Positions 37,276 to 50,618 of a DNA stretch of 64,000 nucleotides are shown here, one piece after another. Numbering within the stretch: position 1 is the first letter of the stretch; every line of letters starts with the position of its first letter. The notes beneath the pieces are model-generated. The model saw nothing but the letters and a program-made list of their open reading frames with translations. It searched no databases and was not told where the DNA came from. The stretch comes from Amoebophrya sp. A120. Its lineage: Eukaryota; Protista; Dinoflagellata. The stretch is from the NCBI GenBank assembly GCA_905178155.1, contig CAJINV010000011.1:2313331-2377330 (forward strand), written 5' to 3'. A program made the position numbers and the translations under genes.

Positions 37276-40200
37276 ATGCGGCTGCTTCTTCTTTCCGCAC
37301 ACCTGTCTGCGGTACGCCTGGCTTTTGGAGATGTCAGCGCCAGCGTCCCGGGCCACTACAAGGTGGGCGGCACTCTGCCGACCTGCAGCGCCACGACCGA
37401 GTTCGTTAACTCCCGGAGTCGCGTCTGCGAAGCCTGTCCGAGCGGCCAGATGCCCAATGCGGACGGAACCGCTTGCGTTTGCGCACCCCTGAGCGCGAGT
37501 GGTTTCAAGCTGCTTTTTTTTCGAGGAATAGACGCTTGATAATTTTAGGAGGCATAATGACTGGTCGTGTAAAAAGCAGCATCGGTTGAACATGACCGAC
37601 AAGGGTATCTACTTTTGAATGTCTACTTGGTTTCTTGTTTCCTCGGAAGTAGCTAAAAGGGCAATCTATCATTCACCACAACAGGCAATCCGCAGATGTC
37701 GTGTTATCCGGGGCAAGACTGTATCAAGCACCCCGGCGCGACCGCGGTCACGACCACCTCGGGCATCCAGTGCATCGAATGCGGCTGCTTCGATCGCAGC
37801 AACAGCACCGCCAGTGCGTACCCCGACCAAGTATCGGGACAGAGTTGCACGGGTAAGTACTTATATTCATATCATGTTAGTGTCGTTGTAGTCGTACTCG
37901 TACGATTCTGTCAGATTAGGGTGTACCTGCTCCGAAGGTTATGATCTCAACCTGAGTTGTCAGAGCGTGACCGAGTCGTGTGTAGTAAGTTCTTGTCCTC
38001 AACACGTCACGAACTACTGCGTTCTTTTCGAAACAGCAGCAATTTCACACCAGCCCGCGGCTTTGAGCAGATGGTTGCCACGGCGGACCAGTCCCGGTGC
38101 TTGCCTTGTCCCAGTGCAGCCGCGACCCTGGTATCCGTGTCTACCTCACCGGCGCGCAAAGACTGTAACTGTGGCACGAACCAGGCAATTCTGGAAAAAA
38201 GCGCCACCGGAGCCTACTTAACAGAGAAAGTTTGCCAGGTATAATTCTAGAACTGTACGTACCTACGCTCAAGGTCATCTCTGAAGTTTTCTTTGGTGTG
38301 CAGTCATGTACTAAGAATAAGGGCTGCAAATAGAGTTAACACTACCACTTCCACAAGTTACGAAGCCGGATCATTCAAAATTACGTCGCACATTATTAGG
38401 CGTGCGACTCCAGTTTGACCGTGGCCGCCGGCCAAGCGACTTGCGCCGCTTCCACCGCCTGTCCTTCTTCCACCACCACCTCGGGGCTCTGCTACACCCC
38501 CGCCTCCGACTGGACCGGGAAGGCCAACACGGCTGGCACCGCGCTGTCCTCCTTCGGGGTGCAGAGCGCGAAGCGTACCTTGTGTAACAACGTCCCCATC
38601 CGAGAGTTGTCATGCAGATTTACAATGACAGGAACATTTGTAATGCGCCTTCGCATGATGAGAAGCATTTCTAGTCGTGTTTCGGTACTTGTGATGCTGT
38701 AAACAGGATGAGCGCGCGTCTTTGTGATGCGGCTGCCCTTGCTAACCAGCACTACAATGCAGAGAGACCAAACTTGTCATGCGCGACGTCGAAAACTTGT
38801 GGAGTTGTGTTGCAGAATCACGATCTTGTTGATGACTCTGGGGTTGGGAGGTTTTTACGCAGGATAAAGCGCGTGAAGTTTTCCGCGGTGATTGCCAGTC
38901 CCGCCAAACCGGAGTGGTGGATGACAGACGCAGTGGGCTTATGGTGAGGAAAAACGTCCCCACTCCATAGTCAAGTTGGTAAATCTGCAACACAAATCGA
39001 TCCCCAAGTTTTGGGAGTTGCGCATGACAAGTTTCCATCTGCAGTATAGTTGTGGTTAGCAAGGGAAGCCGCATGACAAAGCTACTTTCCTATCCTGTTT
39101 ACAGCATGACAAATCAATGCCAAAACACGGTAGGAAATGTCTCTCATGGAGATTGCGCATTACAAATCGATTCCTCTCATTGCGCATTTGCATGAGAACT
39201 ATTGGTCGGGGAAGTTTTTACTCAGGACAGGGTTCTCTTCTCGGCTTCCAGAAGACCGACTCCAAAGCGCAGGAGATCCTCACCTCCGGGCTGGCCTCGG
39301 AGGCCACGGTCGACTCCGCAACCTTGGACTACCTGTACCAGGGGTGCGCCATTCAGTGTGCCCGGAAGGTGAACGAGGGCTGCGAGTGTTTGAGCAACCT
39401 CTGCGCGTTGCAGATGTACCACCAATATGGATTGCAAATATGTCTGGGTCTGGGAGATCGCGAGATTTGTCATGCTAGTCTGGCATGACTCTGATCTCTG
39501 TATTGCATGGCCGCGAAGACCTCCTCCTCCCTGTCATGCAAAAACGCAGTTTCTCAAGCGGAATACGCAACTCAGAACCAGGAAAAAAACTTGTCATGCT
39601 TGGCAGCGCATTATAGTGAGCTCACTATTCCCTTCATTGTATCACAAGTTTCCAGACCCAGACATTTTTGCAGTTGATAACCAAGACGCGACGGTGTGCC
39701 AGCTGTTGGAAACCTGGTTCTACACCGATGCGACGAACTACCCCGCCAGCGACTCGTCGCCCGGCATGTATGGAACTCTGCCCTGGATCATGTTCCCAGC
39801 GGGAGGTTACACCAAAACTGGCCTCACGCTCCCGGAAAGGTGTTGTTCTGGAACTGAGTACATATCTATGCAGTACCAAAGAACGATGTGCATGAACAAG
39901 TATTCTACAGCATCAATGCTTTCCCTTTCCGTCTTTTGTTGAATACGTCAGGCCCAAGAACTCCGCACGATTTTTCGCAACGACAAATTGTAAAGATGAA
40001 GCTGTGTTCTACTAACGTTGTCGCATCAAAAATACAACAGCTCCCCCTCCTTCGTCGTTGCAAAGTATTCCTTTGAAGGGCGGTATCTCGGTGAAGAGAC
40101 GGTAACAAATCACCTGCAACTTTGCGACCGATTTGGCGGATCCGCGCCGGGATTTGAGGATGATGCAAAGGTAGGTTGGTTCTTTCGCACCAGTGCCAGC

Positions 40201-43200
40201 GCAAGTGTATTAGATTCGAGAACACTCCTCCTTGACCACTTTCGAGAACTCTTGACGGCGCTTCATCTGTGTTCTTTCGAGATAAAATTCAATTGCCGCG
40301 ATGAATATACTTAATCACAAGTCCGAAAGAAGAACGCAACAACTCTTAACATCCACTTCAGGAGTACCTTTGGACGAAGAAGAACACAGTCGTCCAAGAG
40401 TGCCGTATTCCCGCCAGCACGTTTCTGAACCACGGCTTGTGCCAAGACCCAGTGCTCTACGACCTCTTCGCGGTCACCTCCAGTGGCGCCAAGACGCCGG
40501 TCCCGGTGCGCATGCTGAACACGGTCAGGGGGTCGACCAAGCCGAACGTGAACTTTGCCGAGGACCAGTTTTACGTCGACGGCTACAGTGGCTTCCTCGC
40601 CAAGCGGTTTTTTCTGTGCGACTCCGCCCTCGGGCGGACCAGCGACTTTTTGGGGATGAGCGACCCGGCGTATGTCCGGTACGCGGCCCAGGTTATCCTA
40701 TGTAAAAACGTCCCCACCCCATAGTCAAGATATTGCGAAATCTGCTAGACAAATCACTCAGCAAGCTTTGGGTGTAGCGCATGACAGATTTGGCCTCGTA
40801 GTGTAATCCTGTTTAGCTAGCTGAGCAGCGTCACAGATCTAGGACATCATGCTGGCTGGAGAGTGACAAACTTCGAAACACGACTAGAAAATGCCTCTCA
40901 TGGTGCTCCGCATGAGAAATATTTTCAGCATGCGCATTTGCATTACAACACTGGGGTGGGGACGCTTTTACTCAGGATACAGCTGTTTTTGCAGTTACGG
41001 GTGGACAGTGGGAGTCTGCAGGTGCCGGTCTTGAACATCGTCTACCTGGAAAGCACAGTGGCCGGGGGAAAGGACGCGTCGCTACCCTGCATCTTCAAGG
41101 CTGAGTATCAAATCTATCAATTATGCTGAGCGTGGTATCTGCGTTACCTTCTTGTTGTTGTTCATGAGAACGTCGTTGCGAACTTTTCGCTATTGTTTCT
41201 GTTTGTGTAGAATATTAACTCTACGTGTGCAGGAGCAGGTGCTGATATTTAGGATCTTTGTACGAACGAAAGCTGACAAAGCGACATTGTTCCCTATAAA
41301 TGAATTGAAGGTTCTCCGAGGATACCGCCGGATTCTGGAGCGCCGTCACGGTGTTTCTGATCCTCACGCTGATCCTCCTCCTTGGGCTGATCTACCTCCG
41401 TTACCGCTCCATTGAATTGCGCTACCCGTGGGAATCCGGTTTCGCGGCGGATCCGGGCCTGTTCATGGGAAAGAGCCTGCTGATGCTGTTGACGGTGGTG
41501 AAGATCTCGTTTGGCGTTTTGTTCTGGTTCCACTTTTTCATGGTGCTCTACTGGGTGGTGTCCGACGCCTACCTCTTACCCGGTTCGCTGGATGGCGACC
41601 AGTACAATCACCACGACGTCATGATGACGGTCTTGCTCGTGATGGCCTCCTATGCGTAAGAAAAAAATTTTTCTCGTACTTCTACAAGTAATTGTTCCAT
41701 GGCATGACAAATTTTTGCAGAAGCGAAAACGGCACAAGTGTTTTGTTGTCGTCGTGTGAGAGCAAGTACTTGCAAAGCACGTCCGGTACTGTAGTTTTTC
41801 CTCCATGGTATAATTGCAACAATTATTAGTTACGTGTAGTACGATAAAAATACGATGCTTTCGTCTTCCATACCACCGTCGTGATCCTCCTCTTCCTGTA
41901 CAAGCAGGCTTCCTGTTTCATTTTCCTCATAGATCGCGAGCCGAAGCCGCTGCAGGACGGCGCCTCCGGCGGGGCTAACAAAGACCAGAACGGAAACAAG
42001 GCACAGCAGAACAACCCAGCCGGGGGCGCAGATTTCGATCGCGAGCACGCGCCGGACAAGGGGATCTCGATCTGGCGGTCGCTGTTTGTCGGTACAAAAC
42101 ACAGTTCTTGTTGTCCATATCGGCGGCCTTGATGGACCTTGTTTTCTGTTTTTCCTACTTCGGAGCCTGGTGATCAATGTGTTTATTTTCTCATGACCTG
42201 CCGTGCACCATCGGGATCGGAGAAACGGAACAAACAGCTATTTTACGGGTTTGTTATACAGAAAATCCACCTATAGCTCGACTTCCCAAATATACTACAC
42301 TTCCAGGGAACGAACTTTCGGAGCGGATCGCCGCTACTAGAACGTCGGGATACGCTATGGAGGGAAAAGAGTTTGTCACAGTGACAGTCACTAAGCTGCA
42401 TAGTCGCGTGACAAATGTTTCTAGCGTCACAGCTTTGTTGTATTGCAGAAACACTAGGGAAATCCCGTATGAAGTTTCACTGTCATGCATGGTTACGCAT
42501 GACAAACATCTCATGGTTTTCTAAACCATTCCTTTCGATATTAAGATTGCAAAAATGCGCATGAGAAGTTAGTAATCGTGACGAACGTCTTTGGTTTGAT
42601 ATACGCCACCTGGATCCTGATGATCCTGTTCCTCCAGGGCTTCAATTGGGTTGACAGCTGTCGCTGGTCGGGCAGCGAGCAGAGCCCCTTTAATCCCTTT
42701 TTGATGTACGGAGTCACCGGCGGGACCTGGTTGCTCTCCGTCGCGATCCAGCTTGTCGGGCGCCATTTGATCGCCATGCGGGAGGGGCTATGCATGGCAA
42801 ATATGTCTGGAAGGTTGGAACTTGTAATGCTAGCCTTACATTCCTGTGAAATCTGTATTGCATCATGACCGGCAAAAGGTGTAGCCTCTCTTGTCATACA
42901 AAACCGCAGTTTCTGATGCGGAGTGCGTATGAGAAAGCGTTCCGCAAGACCTTTGTCATGGCTCCTTGCATGAGGAAGCGTTTTCATCATGCACATTTTA
43001 GCATCACAAATTTCCAGATCCAGACATATTTGCATTTGATAGGGGCTGGACCTGATCAACTTCGTCGATATCTGCAGTCTGGCAAACGTGTCCGTCTTCA
43101 TCATGGACGAACCCCATCACGGCTACTACATACACGGTGTCTTGAAGATCCTTTTATTTCCTTGCGCGACCGTGTTGTGCTTGTGGCAGCTGCTTTGAAG

Positions 43201-46200
43201 GAGCAAGTCGACATTGATTGATGTCGTCACAGTGTTCATGATTTTTCAAACACTGTGGTAATGATAAACATAAACGAACATCACAGGCAAAATATTGATA
43301 TTCTATTCACTCTAAAAATCTTCCAGGTCGTTGTCCCGGGGGTAAGGGTGACTGCTGCGCCACCGAGATGTCCTACACGCTCGATGAGGAGGCACGCGGG
43401 CTTCTCCCCAAGCGCGGCCTCACTCCGGACCACCCTTCGCGGGGCGAGTTGCAGACCTTCGAGGTGTTTACCCCGGGCGGGTTCAAGGAGCAGCTTTTCG
43501 GTCTGTACCGGCAGATCCTGGCCGAGCGCGGCGTCCCCGGCATGTTTGCGTCGCACTGGCACGGTGAGCACGACCAATTCGGCGGCCACCACATGGGTAT
43601 GCACTTTCCGGGCCACTTAGGCGGAGGCCAGCACCAGATGGGCATCGGGCAGACGCCGCGCGGATCCCAGATGCTCGGGCAGCAGCAGCTGGGGGGTATG
43701 GACCCGATGAGCAGCGGCCGACAGTCCCAGCTGATGAACAGCATGGGCGGCCAGCCGCAGCAGCAATTTGGCGGCTCCAGCGGCAGCAACAACTCTACTT
43801 TCGGGCAGCAGCAGCAGCAAAATGCGTTCGGGCAGCAGCAGCAGCAGTCATTCGGTGCACAACCAGGCTCCGCTTTCGGGCAACAGCAGCAGCAACCGCA
43901 AGCGTTTGGCCAGCAGTCGTCGTTCGGGCAGCAGCCGCAGGCGTTTGGAACTCCCGGATCGGCGTTCGGCGGGGGATTTGAAGGGGCACATCGGGCCGAA
44001 ATACCTGCTCCGACACCAACTTGCCGGTTCGAGCAGAAAGGCGGGAGCAGTAGCTCCACGTTTTATCGCAGCAGTAGTCGTTCTACTTTCGGGACAACTA
44101 GTACTGGAAGGAGAGCAGCGGCGCCGTGGTACCACCCCGGGAACTGGCTTCCTGGCCGGAAACGAAGCAGGTTTTTTTCTGGCGGAGTTGATGCGAGAGG
44201 TTTTTCTGCTCCGCCAGCAACAGTGTTGACGGGGAGCAACATAGCAGCCAACGCAAATACATGTGCGGCAGGAACAACGATGTTGAACCACGAGCTCCAT
44301 GCCCAGACAGACACTGTCATTTCTCCAGCGTACCAAGTAGACGAGCTACAGCACGGAAACTTTTCCAGTGTACGAAACCCGCACGCACGCCCAAGGATAC
44401 GAGACGAAGGCGAGATGACTGGTGGAGTAGAATCTCCTGTGGGTGTCGACGTCGCGGAGTTGGATTCGTCTCCAGAACTCCTGCCGTCGCGGTCCGGCGA
44501 AGACGAGACCGGTAGTAGTTGCCAACTTGTCTGGTCACACACGGCAAAAAGCGAAATAATCGAGTTGGAGCGAATATTGCACCAAGCCGATCTACAACAC
44601 GATGAACCGGCTGCAAATAACGAAGATACACATGAAGAGGGCCAGTACGACAGAAGATCATCCCACGTCGAAAAGAAGCGCAAAATATCAGACGAGAAAG
44701 TAGCGATAGTAGAAGCTTCTGCAAACGGCGTAGAGCCACGAACTGCAGCAGGTGAACTCATCGACTACGAGCTGCCGCAGCCCGAGGATCTCCACGTGGT
44801 AGGAAGTACTAAAACCGATGAGGATCATCTTCATCATGACCAACATCTCCAAGTAGAGGGCGCCCATTCGATGATGATGGACAATAACAATCGGAACTCC
44901 GGCATGAATCAGTTCCAAGGCTCGCTGAACCTCGGCAACCTGAACAACCAAGGCATGATGCCGCAAAATTCCGGGCGGGGTTCGCAGATGTCGGCTTTCG
45001 GCGGTCAGAACACGATGTCCATGTCCGGGGGGCCGCGGCCGTCCCAGGGGTCAATGCAGATCGGCTCGCAACAGTCCATGCCAAATGCGTTCGGCGGGGG
45101 AAATCAAATGCAGAACTCGATGATGCTCGGCGGAGGGAACGCTATGCACAACCATATGAAATTCAAACCGATAGAGAAGTTCGTCACGATCATCACTCAT
45201 GCGCATTTTCGCAAGACAAAATTGTCTGTCATGCGCAAAAATGCATCACAGTCAAATTCCAGAAGGCCGCTACTTCCTTTGTGCCTACGCAATTGACAAG
45301 AAAGAGCAAAAGCTGGGACGCAAGAAAAATTTGTCATGCAAATAAACCTGCAATCAAGTACTTTATGTAGTGACTCTGACGAACTTTTTTCTTCGTGATA
45401 AACCAGTTCAACCCCGGCGGAATGGGGGCGAGCATGTCGATGGGCGGTGGGCTCGGTGGCGGCGCGAGCAGCAGCGTGCGGAAACTGGCCCAGCTCCGGT
45501 ACCAAATGCAGGAAATGCTGCTGCAGTTGGTGGACGGGGTAGTGCGGGACCAGTCGATGTGCATCAAGGAGGAGATGTATCAGAGTGCCCAACTCCCCCT
45601 TCCCCTCATTTGTCATGCAAAATGCCACGTCTACCCTTTGCCCTCTGGCACCGGTTGCATGACAGGTTGCCGAAGCCGCAACAGCACTAGAATTTGCAGT
45701 GAATTTGTCATGCAAAAGCTGCATCTTTGCCAGCACTTGTGTTGCTGTGGATGCCATCCAAATGAGGCGGAGGAGGAGTTGCGCTCTCGTCATAAGATGG
45801 GTTCGATGTTTGGCGCGACGCCCGACGTGTCTGTGCCCACGTTCCCCCCGACGTTCTACGAAGATCCGTCGCACTTGCGGTGGACCAACGCGATGGCGTG
45901 TATGCATTGCAAAAGCAGCGTACTAAATAGAGATCACATGACAAATTTCGTCAAGAGGAAAATTGAAACTTGTCATGCAGAAGTAGGTATTAGAAAGTAC
46001 ATCTGTAATGCATGACTGCAATCAATAGTACGAGTACGGTACTTTTGCACGGGATAGCTTACGGGCCGGAGCTCCTCGGCGTGCCGACCGGATTCGAATG
46101 GCAGGTTTTGGTATTGGAGTACCTCATCTTCGTATCCAAGAAAAAAACTGTGTCAGTGTAAATCTGTGATGCAGAAAATGCAAAACAGTTACACTTGTCA

Positions 46201-46641
46201 TGCTCGACATGCGTGATCGGCTCGCTTCCTATGTGTTTTCCCTTCCTATCTGCGCATAGCAAGTTTTTCTTGTCATGGCAGACAAACTTGTGATGCTGTT
46301 TTCCCAAAAGACTTACACTAAAACAGTTTTTTCCTTATTCTTGGATACTTCGCCGTCTGTTTCCGCTTCAGCGAGAACCTGTGGCTGGGGATCTTCCTGG
46401 GCTTCCTGGTCGGCCAATTGGTTTTGTCGGTCCGGGCCTCGTATCCTGTGCAAAAGTGTCGTACTCGTATTGCAGTCATGCATTACAAATCCTTTCGTTA
46501 AAAAGGTAAAATCCGCATTACATCATGCTGAACAAATTTGTAATGCATTTATACGAGTACGATACTTGTGCAGCTCATACCTCGTTGGGCGAGTCGCGCC
46601 TGGCAGACACCGCCATGATTGACCATAGGTTTCTGCTCTGA
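37276..46641 (+). CDS. TMEM67: Meckelin (ciliary transition-zone protein), with 12 introners and several GT-AG introns
   Basis: Signal peptide and Cys-rich N-terminus; CECLSNLCALQMY; FLIDRE; SIWRSLFVGNELSE; NFVDICSLANVSVFIMDEPHHGYYIHGR; C-terminal LGESRLADTAMIDHRFLL*. Confidence 0.92.
38576..38866. mobile_element. Introner, family B
   Basis: DR AAGCG/AAGCG. Confidence 0.85.
38940..39229. mobile_element. Introner, family B
   Basis: Ends in ACA; DR GGGCT/GGGTT. Confidence 0.8.
39426..39679. mobile_element. Introner, family A
   Basis: DR ACCAA/ACCAA. Confidence 0.9.
40694..40979. mobile_element. Introner, family B
   Basis: DR CAGGT/CAGCT. Confidence 0.88.
41651..41872. mobile_element. Degenerate introner
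   Basis: TATG...CATA ends; DR CCTCC/CCACC; frame restored. Confidence 0.7.
42356..42601. mobile_element. Introner, family H
   Basis: DR TACGC/TACGC; inverted homolog of 45155-45400. Confidence 0.8.
42789..43041. mobile_element. Introner, family A
   Basis: DR GGGGC/GGGGC; homolog of 16236-16486. Confidence 0.9.
45155..45400. mobile_element. Introner, family H
   Basis: DR AACCA/AACCA. Confidence 0.8.
45578..45794. mobile_element. Introner, family F
   Basis: DR AGATG/AGATG. Confidence 0.85.
45901..46056. mobile_element. Introner, family D
   Basis: DR GCGTG/GCTTA; removal gives MAYGPE. Confidence 0.8.
46133..46347. mobile_element. Introner, family C
   Basis: DR CTTCG/CTTCG. Confidence 0.9.
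46442..46579. mobile_element. Introner, family D
   Basis: DR CCTCG/CCTCG; 138 bp. Confidence 0.88.
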
Positions 46642-47823
46642 TTGAAAGTGTTGAGATCAGTCGTAGACGTAGTGGCACTTTAAGCTTGTCTATCATATAT
46701 ACAAGGGGCGGTTTTTTGATTTTGTACAGTAGACGTCCTAATTAAGAATCGACGAACAGGCATATATGTATATCAGACAACAAAAACATCCGGCTCGTTT
46801 CTACATGTAGATGTACTTGAATACAATAAGTGCAATTCAAGGTGGTAGATGCTCACTGCGCCCGTGGTTGCGACGGCTTGACAACTACGTACAGAGCAAG
46901 CTACAGAAATATCTGTAGGTGTTGAAACAGTGCAAAAGGAAATTAACGCGTTTTGAAACTATACTTGAAATGAACGTAAGTATTTTCATTGTACGTATTG
47001 CCACTCGTGAACAAAGAAATGTTAGGTATGTTGTGAAATAAGAGCACTTTATTGCTAGCGCGTACAGCATTTAGGGCTTCGACCCTCGGTGAGGACGGTG
47101 TACTTTTTTGAACGGACGGATTTACTAAAGAAAAGACGGACTTTTAGCAAAGGAAAGCGAATCGCGCGGAGGTTTTTTTTTTCGTGCAAACGAAGCACTG
47201 GAAGCATAAATCATGCGGAACATATACGAACAAGAAAGGCTAAAGGAAAAGATAACGAAAGCTGTGTAGTTTTGTGCTCTGGGTTCTTGCAATTCCGTTC
47301 GCCCCCCGATCCGGAGAAATAAATAGGATGGTGAAGGAGGAGGTTCTTTATATGAAAGACAGTCGTGGCTCCTGTTGGTGTTGGAATATTCGATCCAGAA
47401 ACATTTTTTGAAGATGGACTCCGTACGGACGAAACCATAATGATCAGCAGGACAAAAGTTCACTTTTGAATCAGCGTGGCGCATTCTCATCAAAAATGAT
47501 ATGGCGTAAAAATAGAGCATAGAACGTAGACTACGGTCTAGGCATGTTCTAGCGGTCTCGACAGAAAAGGTAAAAACCGTGTTTGGCAGGAATTTTCAAA
47601 AGCCGCGTGCTGTGGAGGTAAAAATAAATGGAAATGATGTTGATGTCATCTGCAGCAACGTGCCGACCAGAAATGAAAAGATCAAGCAGGATGTCTTGTT
47701 TTCCACGATAAATTTTTGGTGTCGTCGTGTATTGAGTGAAACAGCGTGATTGTGATTTTGACACTACTTGTTCTACTCCTCTCTAGCAGCTACGAGTACG
47801 ACGGCATACAATTATTTTGAATC

Positions 47824-49719
47824 ATGTCTAACGACGATAGTGCTTGTGACCAAAGCGAGTCCGCAGTCGCTATTGCCACTCCCATCACGACCACAACGAC
47901 CACAACCCCTCTCGTTCCACAGCAGCTTCATCTACTGATCGAAGGCCAGCACACGCTCGCCCCGAGCTTCGCTGCAGATGCAGGTCGGTCTTGTGTAGTG
48001 GGCGAACAAGAAGGACAAACATGTGCACGCGAAGAACAAGAGGGGCACCAGCTCCAGAGTAGAGGAGCTGATTTTAGTAGCGTCGAGTATGATAAGAATG
48101 ATCCGAAACAAGATATAAGGTCACGACTCCACGGCGGCCTGGAGGAAGTAGATGCTGCAACAACCCAAGCTGCACACGACTGTGCCACGGGCCGCGAGGG
48201 GGGTACAAGATGTATAACCACTGCTCCCGCGGAAAGAACAGCAGAAAGCTACGACTCTCTCAAGCAGCGTCTGGCGCAGGCGGAGAAGCAGTTGCAGTTC
48301 CTGCGGAAAGAGAAGGAGCGGATGGGAAAAAATGCGCTCATCGAAGCAAAGGAGGTTGCCACGCCTCTGGAAGACGACACCTTCTTCCAGGGATACGGCC
48401 CTCAGAGGTCGTGCCTACTTCATGATGTTGTTCCGTCGCCGTCCTCAGCACCGCTATTCAGAGCAGGCCGAGGAAACGACGACGGCTGTGGGCTTGTGGA
48501 AAGGAAATCGAGGATTGGGAAGAAATTGTTCCAAGGAGGACCACCACGACTACAATCTTCATCGGGCGGATCATCCGCGTCAAGTAGCTATAGCCGCCCG
48601 CCCCCACTGTTCCGCCAATCTGACTACCTGCAAGCGACGAAGGTCGACGTGCAGCGAAGAGTGAAAGCAGAAGTCAACCAATTCATGGTCGACGCGCTCT
48701 TCGACTTGTACGAAAATTTTTACGGAGGTTCTCCTAGTGATAAAAAGCAGGAGATGAAACAAGAACACGGCAGCAGCGCGGGCAGCACGCTGAGTACTTG
48801 TAGATCCCGCAGCTCCACCGCATCTTCACGAGTTGTTGTAGCTCAAGAAGAAAAATCGCTTCTGGTCCCAGCACGGGCGGGTCGAAGAAGTTTCGATGAC
48901 GCAACTGAACCTCTGAAGACTTGTAGTTCATCTGACGCAGCTGAGCCTGATGTTGACCAAGCTTTTTTACATCAGAGTACTATCCAGGAGGAGAATTACT
49001 ATCCTTGCGGCCGTTCTCAACAAGAAGACCACCACAAGCGAAACAAGAAGAGCATTGTCCTATTAATTGACAGTCCTCAGTTTCTTTCGGCGCAAGCTGT
49101 GCTGAAAAAGTTCAACTGTGGTGGGAGAAGGAACACAAACTCAAACTCCTATAATGGTTCCAGCGACACCAGCTGCGAAAGTACAGCTGCACAATGCGAC
49201 AACGATACTACCGGTACAAGAACCTCATCTTCACGCAACAGCATGCTACATCACCTCCTTCCCCCACTCCATCCCGGGCAGATCCACATTCCCCAGTACG
49301 ACCAGCGCGACTACTTGAAGATGATCCACAATGCCGAAACCATCGCCGTCTCCGCCATGTGCAACGTCCGGTGCCAACGCATGGACCACTGGCTGATTGC
49401 GAACCGCACTGTCGGGTACGACTGCGTGTTGTTCTTCGCGGACATGGAGAGCTCTCTCCTTGGGCACAAGGAGAAACGGCTGTGTCCCGGCAAGGACATT
49501 TCCCGCTACTTCCGGTACGGCTACCCGGCGAGGCTCAGCATCCTGGCCGTGACCTTCGACCCCCGGGACGGCACGAAAAGCGGGGAGGTCGCGGAGTTTG
49601 TGGCGGAAGAGGGATGGTTGTGCGACTACGAGGTGGAAACGCTCAAGGAATTCAACTACGGCATGGGGTGCGTGGTATTCCGAGTGATGAAGAAGATGAA
49701 AGGTGGAGAACAAAGATAA
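47824..49719 (+). CDS. Hypothetical 631-aa protein, intronless, with a globular-looking C-terminal ~200 aa
   Basis: Long ORF; GC3-rich C-terminal region; no family recognised. Confidence 0.7.
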   Translation: MSNDDSACDQSESAVAIATPITTTTTTTPLVPQQLHLLIEGQHTLAPSFAADAGRSCVVGEQEGQTCAREEQEGHQLQSRGADFSSVEYDKNDPKQDIRSRLHGGLEEVDAATTQAAHDCATGREGGTRCITTAPAERTAESYDSLKQRLAQAEKQLQFLRKEKERMGKNALIEAKEVATPLEDDTFFQGYGPQRSCLLHDVVPSPSSAPLFRAGRGNDDGCGLVERKSRIGKKLFQGGPPRLQSSSGGSSASSSYSRPPPLFRQSDYLQATKVDVQRRVKAEVNQFMVDALFDLYENFYGGSPSDKKQEMKQEHGSSAGSTLSTCRSRSSTASSRVVVAQEEKSLLVPARAGRRSFDDATEPLKTCSSSDAAEPDVDQAFLHQSTIQEENYYPCGRSQQEDHHKRNKKSIVLLIDSPQFLSAQAVLKKFNCGGRRNTNSNSYNGSSDTSCESTAAQCDNDTTGTRTSSSRNSMLHHLLPPLHPGQIHIPQYDQRDYLKMIHNAETIAVSAMCNVRCQRMDHWLIANRTVGYDCVLFFADMESSLLGHKEKRLCPGKDISRYFRYGYPARLSILAVTFDPRDGTKSGEVAEFVAEEGWLCDYEVETLKEFNYGMGCVVFRVMKKMKGGEQR

Positions 49720-50618
49720 TCGGACGGGTGGAGGATGGAAGCAGGGCGAGGACCGGAGCTTGCAAATAAAGACTAAGATCAATCTTGGAGAAGGAGAAGT
49801 ATCTCGGAAGTTCAAGTTTAAAAAATTAGTACCGGGTGGTGTGGTCACTCTCAAACACCTTTCTTCAACGAGTTGTAGTGACCACAAGACCTAGTATCAT
49901 TCTCGAAATGTTTCATGAGTACAGCGACCACGACAATTCTCTCTCGCAGTTGAGGCAACTGGTGAGTTGTTGCTTTTCCTACAAAACTGCTTCATCTCTA
50001 CAAATGAATCCGAAAGGAAGAAGTTTGAATCCATGCAAGGATCGACGTTAAAGCGTCACATTGAGACCTAATGCAGCGGCAAACGAAGCGCTGGTGCTGC
50101 TTGATGTTTCGTTTCGTACTGTCATTCATTCGAGTGTTCCAATTTACAACACCGCCCCCTCGCCACAATTTCTTGTAGTGCACAGCAACAGACCGAGTAG
50201 ACTGACATTGGTCGGTTGATGTCCAAGCATCTAATATGTTGGGAGTTTTGGGTGCTAGTGCTTTCTTGAAATCATCGCTCCTACCAACCTCGGTGTCGTG
50301 TCTCGATTCTGCTTTCGATCCAATTACTTACTCCTTCGTCTTTTAAAAGAAAGTCAAAGTCTATTACGTCATACAGAAGCACCACGACATGCGGGACGAA
50401 TTTTTCCTCGTCGCCTTGTCGGCAAAGCAACACGAGCGGCAGGAATGCGACAGCAGGTGCCCCGGCCCCGGCGACACGTGCGCTTAGTCGCGAGGGGGAC
50501 AGACTACCGAGGCAGCAGTACTACTAGGGCAGAAGGAGATCACAACGACCCGTCGCGCTCGCAAGGAGCTGCGCAGCGCCCCTATAATTGAAAGGCAGCA
50601 GAAGAAGATAACACGAGG

